Shown: in pieces, positions 28,668 through 36,902 of the stretch
How the letters are laid out: each line of letters opens with the position of its first letter
How positions within the stretch are numbered: the first letter of the stretch is position 1
DNA from: Candidatus Sungbacteria bacterium RIFCSPHIGHO2_01_FULL_50_25
Lineage (GTDB): Bacteria; Patescibacteriota; Minisyncoccia; Sungbacterales; HO2-52-23
DNA length: 42,047 bases
Assembly: GCA_001822215.1 (NCBI GenBank)
Contig: MHQD01000026.1
Span: 1 to 42,047 of the forward strand
Reading direction: 5' to 3'
Position numbers and translations under genes: made by a program
Notes under the pieces: model-generated
Databases searched by the model: none
The model's input: only the letters and a program-made list of their open reading frames with translations
Told to the model about the DNA's origin: nothing

Positions 28668-30484
28668 GATATTGATTGCGAATGATACTCCTCGCGCGCT
28701 TTTTTAATCATGAGAATTTGGGCAGGGTCAGACGTTATGACCTGGTCTTCCGAATAGGACGCGAGCACCTTCATCGCGACGTGCTTTAGGCCGGCAAAGA
28801 AAATGCCTTCGCCGCGGTCCGCTTCCAAAAGAATAAGCTTTTCTTCTTCCGTGAGATTGAACGTGTCTTTCACGAATTCGATTGTCGCGGGGGACTGTTT
28901 GAATAGAATCTGGAGGGACGAGTTCGTGATGATCGGCTTCCCGTACGTCGAGTTCATGAAGTCGCCGACGTCCTGGGTGATCGTCGCAAGGCCGAGATAG
29001 TATTTGCGCGCGCGCTTCGCGATGCCGAAAAGAAACGAGCCGCCGTCCTCGTTTTTCAAAAGCCACCACGCTTCATCCACAAGCAAAATCCGCTTTTTCA
29101 GGGTGGTCCTCACGACGTTCCAGATGTAGTGAAGCACGATATACATGCCGACCGAGCGAAGCTCGTCCTCCATGTCGCGGACGGAAAACACCACGAGGCG
29201 GTTTTTGATTTCCACGTTCGTCGGCTGGTTCAAAAACCCCGACCACGTGCCGGAGGTGTATTTTTTGAGCCGCACCGCGATTTCCTCGCCGCCAACCGTG
29301 TTTGCAAGAATAAGCTCGAGGTCCGACAGTGTCGGCGGCGAAATCTGCGAAAAATCGGATTCGGGAGTGATGTCCTTTGATGCGTATGTTTCCGTGATCG
29401 CCTGGTCAAGAATCGCGTCTTCTTCCGGCGTAAGCCCCCCGAGCATGATGCGGAAAAGCCCGATCAGGTTTACGATGTTTGACCTCAAAACGTCTGCGGC
29501 CGATTCGTCTTCGCGCGGGACCGGAAGGTCAAAGGGATTTATATGGTTTTTCGAAGAAAGCGAGATATTGATGTAGGACCCGCCGACGACTTCCGCCAAA
29601 TATTCGTATTCGCGCTCCGGGTCGATCACGATGACGTCAACCCCCCACATGAGCGAGCGCAGAATTTCAAGTTTCGAAAAATAGCTTTTTCCTCCGCCGG
29701 AGACGCCGAACACCACGGAGTTCGCGTTGGGAAGGGAAAACCGGTCAAAGAGGATCAAACTGTTATTGTGGCTGTTGATTCCGTAAAGAATCCCCTTGTT
29801 TGAAGTGAGGTCAAAGGAAACAAACGGGAACGTGGAGGACACGGGAGACGAGTTTAAATAGGTATGCACCCCCAAGCGGTCCATGGCGAGCGGCAGGACC
29901 GATTGGAACCCCTCGAGCTGCTGGAAAAGAGCGGTTTTCGTGTATACAAGGCGCGATTCAAGGACCGATTTTATGTCTGCCTCCGCTTTATTGAGCTCCT
30001 CTTCGGATTTTCCGTAGACCGTAATATAGAGACCGAATGAAAATAGGCGCTCCTGTGCCTGTTGGAGCTTGTCGCGAAGCTCTTCGAGGTTCCGGTACGC
30101 CGCATCAAGCATCGGATCGCGCACAAGCCCCCGCGTTTCCCGGTCGGATATTTGCGACTGGACCTCCGCGGTTTTCCGGCGAAGGGTCCGCATAATGGTT
30201 GCGGTGTCCACGGGGTGGATGTGCATCGCGATATCGAAGAGTTTGTCCATGTTGACGACCGGGCTGAACCATCCAGTGTGAAGATAGCGCGGATAGGAAA
30301 AGACGAACATGGTGCGCGCGAATTTTTCCCCGATCCGTATGAACGTCGGGCTTACCTCAAGGGCCGAGGGCGCGAGGATGTCTTGGAGCCCGATTCCTTC
30401 CCCGCGCGACATATCCGACGGGAGGATCGAGCGCATCATCTCGTCTTCTTTCTCTTTTTCGTCTTTTTTTCCGAAAAATGCCAT
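28664..30484 (-). CDS. VirB4/TrbE/Tn916-Orf16-type conjugative ATPase, middle and C-terminal ATPase part
   Basis: It has Walker A VVFGVSGGGKSYF and Walker B RILLVDEAWWLL. The middle domain reads IRIGEKFARTMFVFSYPRYLHTGWFSPV. The track starts at TTG 30523; the first ATG is at 30484. Confidence 0.9.
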   Translation of the reverse strand: MAFFGKKDEKEKEDEMMRSILPSDMSRGEGIGLQDILAPSALEVSPTFIRIGEKFARTMFVFSYPRYLHTGWFSPVVNMDKLFDIAMHIHPVDTATIMRTLRRKTAEVQSQISDRETRGLVRDPMLDAAYRNLEELRDKLQQAQERLFSFGLYITVYGKSEEELNKAEADIKSVLESRLVYTKTALFQQLEGFQSVLPLAMDRLGVHTYLNSSPVSSTFPFVSFDLTSNKGILYGINSHNNSLILFDRFSLPNANSVVFGVSGGGKSYFSKLEILRSLMWGVDVIVIDPEREYEYLAEVVGGSYINISLSSKNHINPFDLPVPREDESAADVLRSNIVNLIGLFRIMLGGLTPEEDAILDQAITETYASKDITPESDFSQISPPTLSDLELILANTVGGEEIAVRLKKYTSGTWSGFLNQPTNVEIKNRLVVFSVRDMEDELRSVGMYIVLHYIWNVVRTTLKKRILLVDEAWWLLKNEDGGSFLFGIAKRARKYYLGLATITQDVGDFMNSTYGKPIITNSSLQILFKQSPATIEFVKDTFNLTEEEKLILLEADRGEGIFFAGLKHVAMKVLASYSEDQVITSDPAQILMIKKAREEYHSQSIS

Positions 30485-30491
30485 AGGGGTT

Positions 30492-31148
30492 TTATTCGCT
30501 TGCGGCGGCGACCGTTTTTTCAAATTCAGTCGGGTTATAGAGTCCGTAGAAAAGTTCGACCAATTCCTCGGTGTTTAGGGGCGCCGACCGGACGCCGAAC
30601 GACTTGAGCCCTTCGATGATCGTATCAACGCGCTGCCAAATCTGGAGCTTGTGCTCTTCAAAGAGCGCATGCACGTCTTTCTCCGAGTTTGCGTCCTTCC
30701 CGCTTCCGAGCCCGAGCGTGTTGATGGCTGACGAAAGAAACCCTTTTTGTTCGAGGACCGACACGCTGTAGGGAATGATGATGTAAAACGTTTTTGACAT
30801 GATGTTCGCCGAGCCGACGAGCGTTTGGATGAATTCGGTGTATTCCCCGATCTGGATTTTTACGTATTCATTGTCTTCCTCTTTTTGCTTGCTCTTCAGC
30901 GTCTCCAGATACGGGGCGATGTTCAAAAGGCGCGAGAGCGTGACGATCTGGATCGGAAAATCGAGCGAATTGAGAAAGTTTTGGTATTGGTATGTGATGG
31001 CGTCCTGCTCTTCCGCCGATTTGAGCGCGAAGTTGATGGATGAACACATGACGAGAACCCGAAAACTTCCGTCCTTCAGGACGACGACATCCTCTTTGAT
31101 GGAATCGATCGAGAGCAGTTGTTGGGCCGAAGCCGCTTGTACCGCCAT
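30492..31148 (-). CDS. VirB4 N-terminal-domain-like protein (separate ORF)
   Basis: 218 aa. LLSIDSIKEDVVVLKDGSFRVLVMCSSINFALKSAEEQDAITYQYQNFLNSLDFPIQIV has the pattern of the N-terminus of Gram-positive VirB4 homologues (Tn916 Orf16/PrgJ type). This judgement is from memory of those families. Confidence 0.6.
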   Translation of the reverse strand: MAVQAASAQQLLSIDSIKEDVVVLKDGSFRVLVMCSSINFALKSAEEQDAITYQYQNFLNSLDFPIQIVTLSRLLNIAPYLETLKSKQKEEDNEYVKIQIGEYTEFIQTLVGSANIMSKTFYIIIPYSVSVLEQKGFLSSAINTLGLGSGKDANSEKDVHALFEEHKLQIWQRVDTIIEGLKSFGVRSAPLNTEELVELFYGLYNPTEFEKTVAAASE

Positions 31149-31150
31149 GG

Positions 31151-31612
31151 CTATGTGTGAAGAGGGGTCCGCCGCTCCTCGTGCGTTTTAGTATCAAGCG
31201 TCCACGAAAGCTCCGACAGGCGCGAGTGGGAAAGTTTCGGCGAGGTCTGGATACGCGTTTCTTCTTCCTTGTGCTCCCCCGCGCTTTTCTGGACCTCGCG
31301 CGTTTGGGCGCGCTTCCAGACAAACACCCGCGGCCGGATAAAATATTTCACCGCGTGAACCACGATTGAGCCGACCGGTATTTCGCTGATTTTTCCCCAC
31401 GCGAGCGCGACCGCGGAGGCGCCAACGAAGAAAGAAAGGACGAGCGCGAGAAACCCGGTGAACTGGAAAAAAATAACAACAATAAGGATGACCCCCGACG
31501 CAAGGTACGCAAATTGTTTCGCGGTCAAAAATCCCCCGATAATTTTATCTTCGACGGTGATGAATTGTGGGACTTGAAATCGTTGCACGGCGAGTGAATA
31601 GGTCACGATCAA
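31151..31612 (-). CDS. PrgI/VirB3-like small membrane protein
   Basis: 153 aa. The motif VPQFITVEDKIIGGFLTAKQFAYL is followed by two TM helices and then YFIRPRVFVWKR, resembling the PrgI/Tn916-Orf17 family. It lies immediately upstream of the VirB4 genes. Confidence 0.6.
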   Translation of the reverse strand: MIVTYSLAVQRFQVPQFITVEDKIIGGFLTAKQFAYLASGVILIVVIFFQFTGFLALVLSFFVGASAVALAWGKISEIPVGSIVVHAVKYFIRPRVFVWKRAQTREVQKSAGEHKEEETRIQTSPKLSHSRLSELSWTLDTKTHEERRTPLHT

Positions 31613-31636
31613 TTAGTATGTTCTAATGTATAAGAT

Positions 31637-32731
31637 TTACTCGAAATTTTCTCGGTACGGATCTTGTTTTTGTTCCGGTTGTGCTGCGGGGCGCGGCGTA
31701 TCTCCCCGGAGATCTATCGGCGGAATCTTCGGGTTTGTGTAAGGCAATTCCCCTTTTTTCACCAAGAACGGCTCCTGCGGCCCGCGCGGGTCCTCGACCC
31801 GGTCTGTTTTCTGCGGAGGTTCTTTTTCTCCTTCAAGCACTTTTTCGCGGTAAGGATCAGTTCCCTGCCGCGGCGGAGTCGGCATGCGCGGTATGAACAC
31901 TTTTGGCTGTTGAGGAATTGCACTCGGCCCTGCGGGAGCCGGCGCCGGACGCGGCGCTTGAGGCAAGACAATATTCCGAGTTTCCTCGCGAGGCGGCGCA
32001 GGCGGCTTTGGCATCTCTGGGGTAGTAGGAAGCGGTTTTGGCGCTGGCGGTGCGGGATGAAGCTCCTCGGGCATTTTCAAAGACCCCGAAAGTACGTTCA
32101 TGCGTGGCGAGGGCGGCGTTGTTGTCGGCTGCGGAGTTGGCGCTGGCCGCGGAGCCGCTACTACTTGTTTTTGTGGTATTACAAGCGGCGGCCGCATGGG
32201 CGCTTTTTGTTCCATCGGCGGTGCCTGTTTTTGCATGACCGGCGGGGCTTGCGGCCGCGGAACAGCTTGCGGTATTGGTTGGCCGAATGTGCGCACTGCG
32301 GGCTCTTGAGGCGCAGGCGCCGGAGGGCGCGGCGCAAGAACAATCTGCGCGCCTTGCGGCTTTTGCGCTTCCTCTATGCGTGCGCTCAGCGAGCTTTCGC
32401 TCAATTCAAACCTGTGCGCTTTCTTGATTTCCTCCGCAAGCGGTTTTAACACGCTAATATAAATGTCTTTTGCAAGAGCGTCTGCAATCGCCGGTTTTAA
32501 TCCGATGCGTTCGATAATGCGCGGCAAAAAGTCCTGCGGCCTCGAAAGGCCGAGGACTATATTTCCGGCTTCCGCGGAAGCAATTTTCCCGTTGTCTTGT
32601 GAGAGATTGTATTTTTTCCCGATCTCGTACATTTTAGTAGCAATTTCATCATCAAAAAGCGCGTCCTGGAGAATATCCGGAAGAGCGTCAAATTTTTTCT
32701 CCATTTCTTCTTGTGAAAAAAGCCGAACCAT
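31637..32731 (-). CDS. proline-rich protein with a small globular N-terminal domain
   Basis: 364 aa. About 120 aa are ordered at the N-terminus. About 220 aa of PxP/AP low complexity follow (APRPPAPAPQEP..PRPAPTPQPTTTPPSP..). Confidence 0.7.
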   Translation of the reverse strand: MVRLFSQEEMEKKFDALPDILQDALFDDEIATKMYEIGKKYNLSQDNGKIASAEAGNIVLGLSRPQDFLPRIIERIGLKPAIADALAKDIYISVLKPLAEEIKKAHRFELSESSLSARIEEAQKPQGAQIVLAPRPPAPAPQEPAVRTFGQPIPQAVPRPQAPPVMQKQAPPMEQKAPMRPPLVIPQKQVVAAPRPAPTPQPTTTPPSPRMNVLSGSLKMPEELHPAPPAPKPLPTTPEMPKPPAPPREETRNIVLPQAPRPAPAPAGPSAIPQQPKVFIPRMPTPPRQGTDPYREKVLEGEKEPPQKTDRVEDPRGPQEPFLVKKGELPYTNPKIPPIDLRGDTPRPAAQPEQKQDPYRENFE

Positions 32732-32741
32732 GATAATCGCG

Positions 32742-34862
32742 TTAGGTTATGAAATCTTCCGGGTTAACCCGCGCTTCTGCGGCTCGTTCCCGTTCTCGCC
32801 TTTCTTCCTGTTCCCGACGTCGTTCATTCGCCCGTCCCCTTCGTTCGTTTCTTTGCATTTCGTTTGCGAGATGCAGTTCATATTCATCAAAGGCCCGTAA
32901 TGCCGCGGCGCCCTCGTGCCGCAACCCGCTTGTGCGGTCCATCACAGCGGCGATATTCACGAGCTGTTGTTGACGAGTTTTCATCACGTCCTTGATGCGT
33001 TGGTACACCGCAGGCGCTTCCTCTGCGATTTTCTTGACCTCTTTTCTTCCTTTGATGTTCGTGATGATTCCCAAAATCACTTCGTCGTCATCATACGCTT
33101 CAGGAGCAAGCCCGAGTTTATCAGCATCCTTCAATACTTTCCGTTTTTCCTTGACGCGTTCATCGACGTTGTCTTTTTCAATAAGATGCGGGTTTGTCTT
33201 GTACATATCTTTTGCAACACCGAACCGTTCCGCGTGCTTCACCGCCTCCTTGCGCTCATTCTCGTCAAGGTGCTGATCCATTTCTTTTCGCTTTGCAAGC
33301 ACCGCAGCCATTGCTGCTTTTTCCCGCGACGACACCGCGCCTTTGTACCTTTTCGCCACATCCTCGCTTGAGTAGTGGTCAACCTCTTTCATTCTTGTTT
33401 CTATATCTTCTTTGCGCTCTTTTCCAAGCCCCATGACGCCTGCTTCCATTTTTCTGCCGATACCCGGGATCCGGCGCAGTCCCTGCGCGAATTTCTGCGT
33501 TTGTTCAGGCGCGCGAGCCATCGCCGCTGCCCCGCCCTTGAGCGCAAGCGCGCCCACACCGCCCGCAGCAAGAAGACCCGCTTTTGCAACGAGCCCGACC
33601 CCCGCCCCTGCGATCGCGCCACCGGTTTGGCGCGCGAGTTTGAGTGCGATCCACATGAAAAGCAACCCCACAAACGGTACGAGCATTCTGTCAAACGATC
33701 CCGACGGGCCGCCGCCATGGGGAGCCGCTAAGTCGACTTTTGAAATAATGAAAAAGCCCAAGTACATCATGAGATAGAAAAGCGGCACAAAAAACGCCCA
33801 GCGAAGCATGGTGGAGAGCCACAGATCAAAATATTTCTGCATCTTTGGGACGATTGCCGCAAGAAATGCAAGCGGCGCAAGGACTGAAAGCGCGATCATA
33901 ACGCCGTATCGGATGATGAGCGTAATCGCGCCTAAAAACATGGTGACCGCAGTAAACAGAATAAAGATGGTTTGCGTAAACATGCGTACCGACGCGCTTA
34001 CAAGCCTGTCGAAAAGATTTGAGAACCATCCGGTTATCCAATTCAATACTCCAGTAAAGACCGCTCCTCCGATGCAAAAGGCCGCTCCCGTAGCAAGCGA
34101 GAGTCCGCCGGTAAGAGGAATAAGCGCGGTTCCGATAAGAAGCCCCCCGGCGCAACCGACACCAGCAGCTGCTTGAGCTTGTACGGGCTCAACGCCAAGT
34201 GACGCCAAAAGTGTATCCTTTATTGGATTGGTGTTTTGGCTTATTATTGCTCCTGTGTTAATTTCTCGCTGCAAATCATAGGCGCTCATGTCGCTGATCT
34301 GGGTTTTTGTGGGCACGCTTCCGACGTTTTGCAGATCAATGGCATCAACAATAAATCTTCCTGGGTCATCGGGCATATTTTTTGCAAATATTGCGCCAAG
34401 CTGATTTGCGACGCCGAACACTATCGTGACCATGAGAAGACTGAAGTTAATGAGGAGCGCGACCATGATAACGCGGAACAAAAGCCGTTTCCCGCCCCAC
34501 TGGTCGAGATTCAATATGATGGTAAACGCAATCCACAGGATAATAAGGAGAAACGCTCCGTTCGTAAGGTCGCGAAGCGCGGCCCATGCAATCGGGACAA
34601 CCGGAATACCGGAGGGCACCGTCACCACATTTATGTAGAAAAACGTATTAAGAAGCGCTGCCGCTGCCATGGCAATGTAGACGGAAATTTCCCGGACGAT
34701 ATATAAGATGACATATACAAGTCCCGCCGCGGGTGTGGAAAGTCCTTTTGCGAAGTCTGTTACTACGTCGCCAGCCGCGGCATACGCGGAAGACGCAAAT
34801 GCCGTTCCGGCAAGCGTCGAGAGAAGGGCATAAAAAGTCCGTTTTAGAGAAAAGTTTTTCAT
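32742..34862 (-). CDS. VirB6/TrbL-like polytopic membrane protein with a charged C-terminal extension
   Basis: 706 aa. It has a signal-like N-terminus, at least 8 hydrophobic helices across residues ~50-450, and then a ~230-aa K/E/R-rich cytoplasmic tail. Its size, topology and position next to VirB3/VirB4 fit VirB6/TrbL. No diagnostic motif was checked. Confidence 0.55.
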   Translation of the reverse strand: MKNFSLKRTFYALLSTLAGTAFASSAYAAAGDVVTDFAKGLSTPAAGLVYVILYIVREISVYIAMAAAALLNTFFYINVVTVPSGIPVVPIAWAALRDLTNGAFLLIILWIAFTIILNLDQWGGKRLLFRVIMVALLINFSLLMVTIVFGVANQLGAIFAKNMPDDPGRFIVDAIDLQNVGSVPTKTQISDMSAYDLQREINTGAIISQNTNPIKDTLLASLGVEPVQAQAAAGVGCAGGLLIGTALIPLTGGLSLATGAAFCIGGAVFTGVLNWITGWFSNLFDRLVSASVRMFTQTIFILFTAVTMFLGAITLIIRYGVMIALSVLAPLAFLAAIVPKMQKYFDLWLSTMLRWAFFVPLFYLMMYLGFFIISKVDLAAPHGGGPSGSFDRMLVPFVGLLFMWIALKLARQTGGAIAGAGVGLVAKAGLLAAGGVGALALKGGAAAMARAPEQTQKFAQGLRRIPGIGRKMEAGVMGLGKERKEDIETRMKEVDHYSSEDVAKRYKGAVSSREKAAMAAVLAKRKEMDQHLDENERKEAVKHAERFGVAKDMYKTNPHLIEKDNVDERVKEKRKVLKDADKLGLAPEAYDDDEVILGIITNIKGRKEVKKIAEEAPAVYQRIKDVMKTRQQQLVNIAAVMDRTSGLRHEGAAALRAFDEYELHLANEMQRNERRGRANERRREQEERRERERAAEARVNPEDFIT

Positions 34863-36898
34863 TACGGGGTGAACGCGGCTATTGCATTTGCAATTAGTTT
34901 ATCTACTTCAAAGAGTTTCTGTGTCGCGAGCCGGTTTGTGTCTGTCGCGGAAATAGACGCGGTTCGAATGGGTTCTGTCTCCGTTGCCGAGGATAGCGTT
35001 GCGCGTATGGAAGAAAGCGTTGCGAGAACGCCGACAAGCTCGATTTCTTTTGCGTTTACCACCGGGACCTGTGCGGTGAGCGAAGGTACCGAACCGAGCG
35101 ACAGTACCCCAGCTTCGAACGAGTTTGAATGCGTAATCGCTCTTCCCCCCATCGCATTTGTGCTGTCGATTTGGTTTATAGTCGAAATTTTTATATCCGC
35201 AGTACCGGTAATACCCGCGGTTACCGCGATCCCGGCGATCTCAAAGAAAATATTAAGGTCGTCCGCAAGGTTGAGTACATAGGTTGCGATCAGTCCCACG
35301 TCTTCGATACTCGTTGTTGAGAGAAGTTTTGATCGAAGAAAGAGAAGGCCAGCGCGCGTGCTTGCGATATTTTCTTTATCCGAAACCGCAGCAGCGAGTT
35401 TTGCTTTTGCCGCGGAAAGCCGGACAAGCGCGGAATCAATCAGGGCATTCGTACTTCCAAGCTCCGCGGTGAGTGTTGCAATGATACCCGGATCTGTTGC
35501 CGCCGCGATGCGCGCGGTGAGATCAGCGACTTTTGCGCGAAGCGTAAAAATAGCCCTCACCTCCGCGTAAATAGCCGTCAGCGCTTCGGAAAAGCGGGTA
35601 TCGATAATTTCAATTCCTTTATCGGCGCGCGCGATCTGTGTGTTTAGCTGAACCATGAGCGTTGATTCGGAGAATATGCCCGGGGAAGAAGTTACTGCCG
35701 CGGAAAGCGAGGGCGCAAATACGCCTGCGCCGTCAGGGCCGGAACTGGTTGTGACAAGCGTATCAATCAAAAACATAATTGCTGCAGTAAGCGCTTCTTG
35801 CACTTCATCCGCGTTGATAACCCAGTCAATCCCGGACCCGAATATGCGGTTTACAAGGTCTGCGATAGTTTCTCCTGATGTTCTTGTCTCTGTTTCCGTT
35901 GTGCATATTTCATTTCCCGTTGTTTCATCCATTTGGCAGTTCTCTTTCTTTTCAACCCCGTATCCGCGGTTTCCGCGGTTCGCCTCAATTTTTACCACTT
36001 CAGCTCCGACTTTGCTTTGTGCCTGCACCGAGCGCTCTTCGAGCGCAAGTATCGTCGCTCCTTCCACGTTGCACGCAGAATAAGTCATTTTTTTCGTGAG
36101 CGTTTCCCATCCGCCGTTTCTGAAGTCTTGATTGAAACTGCCGTCGTTTAGCGCCGGCACCTTGCAGGTAAAAACTTCAAAAAGCTTATTTTGCCCGGGC
36201 TGCGCTTGAATTAATATATCGTTTACATACGGATTTATGTTATTCCCCATTTGCGTTTTTGCGATGTTTTCAGCGAATTCACTCGAGTGCTTGTTCTCTA
36301 TTTTTCTGAATTCCGCCTCATAGTTTTGTATAAATCCAACGTCGGATTCTTGAATCCAAGAAATAATCCGACTGCCAAGGGTTTTTAGTAATACCGCGGT
36401 GATTCCTTTCCAAATCGGGTCAAGAATGCATTCTTTTTTTACAATTTCGCCGGTGTTTGTCCGGATTCTTTGGGTTTCGTTTCTGACAATACTGTCTTTT
36501 ACAGGCACCTCGCTTCCTGCAATGCCGCCAATTATTCCGCCAAGCGCGCCCCCCACAACGCCGCCGACAAGTCCGCCAAGTCCGCCACCCCCGACTCCAC
36601 CGAGAAACCCGCCAAAAATATCACCAACTTTACCAAGAGCATCTCCAAAAAGAGAGCCGAGGATTCCGCCTGCTCCGAATCCGCCGCACGATGCGCCACC
36701 AGAAGAAAGAAGACCGCCAATTCCGCCCGCAAGGCTCCCAAGACCGAATCCGCCTCCGTCGCCTCCCCCGCCCCCCCCGATCGGGCCGAGATCGTCTTCG
36801 GCAAAAACACCCGCTGGCACAAGAAGGTTCGAAAGGATAAGCACAAAAACAAGCACCCCTCCGATTATTCTTTTTATTTCAAGCGGTTGCATGCGCAT
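34862..36898 (-). CDS. large secreted or anchored protein with an N-terminal glycine-zipper region
   Basis: 678 aa. A TM/signal (IIGGVLVFVLILSNLLVPAGVFA) is followed by ~95 aa of GGxGG repeats and a ~550-aa Ala/Thr/Ser-rich region. Its stop overlaps the next start (TAATG at 34860-34864). Confidence 0.7.
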   Translation of the reverse strand: MRMQPLEIKRIIGGVLVFVLILSNLLVPAGVFAEDDLGPIGGGGGGDGGGFGLGSLAGGIGGLLSSGGASCGGFGAGGILGSLFGDALGKVGDIFGGFLGGVGGGGLGGLVGGVVGGALGGIIGGIAGSEVPVKDSIVRNETQRIRTNTGEIVKKECILDPIWKGITAVLLKTLGSRIISWIQESDVGFIQNYEAEFRKIENKHSSEFAENIAKTQMGNNINPYVNDILIQAQPGQNKLFEVFTCKVPALNDGSFNQDFRNGGWETLTKKMTYSACNVEGATILALEERSVQAQSKVGAEVVKIEANRGNRGYGVEKKENCQMDETTGNEICTTETETRTSGETIADLVNRIFGSGIDWVINADEVQEALTAAIMFLIDTLVTTSSGPDGAGVFAPSLSAAVTSSPGIFSESTLMVQLNTQIARADKGIEIIDTRFSEALTAIYAEVRAIFTLRAKVADLTARIAAATDPGIIATLTAELGSTNALIDSALVRLSAAKAKLAAAVSDKENIASTRAGLLFLRSKLLSTTSIEDVGLIATYVLNLADDLNIFFEIAGIAVTAGITGTADIKISTINQIDSTNAMGGRAITHSNSFEAGVLSLGSVPSLTAQVPVVNAKEIELVGVLATLSSIRATLSSATETEPIRTASISATDTNRLATQKLFEVDKLIANAIAAFTP

Positions 36899-36902
36899 AT
36901 GG

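Noticed and set aside
31900-32350. Local GC-rich stretches at about 31.9-32.35 kb and 36.5-36.8 kb as possible foreign islands
   Set aside because: They are explained by Pro (CCN) and Gly (GGN) low-complexity coding within operon genes, not by a general codon-usage shift.
31664-32449. 261-aa plus-strand Arg-rich ORF
   Set aside because: It is an antisense shadow of the proline-rich gene 31637..32731 (CCG/CCC codons read as CGG/GGG). The composition is not protein-like.
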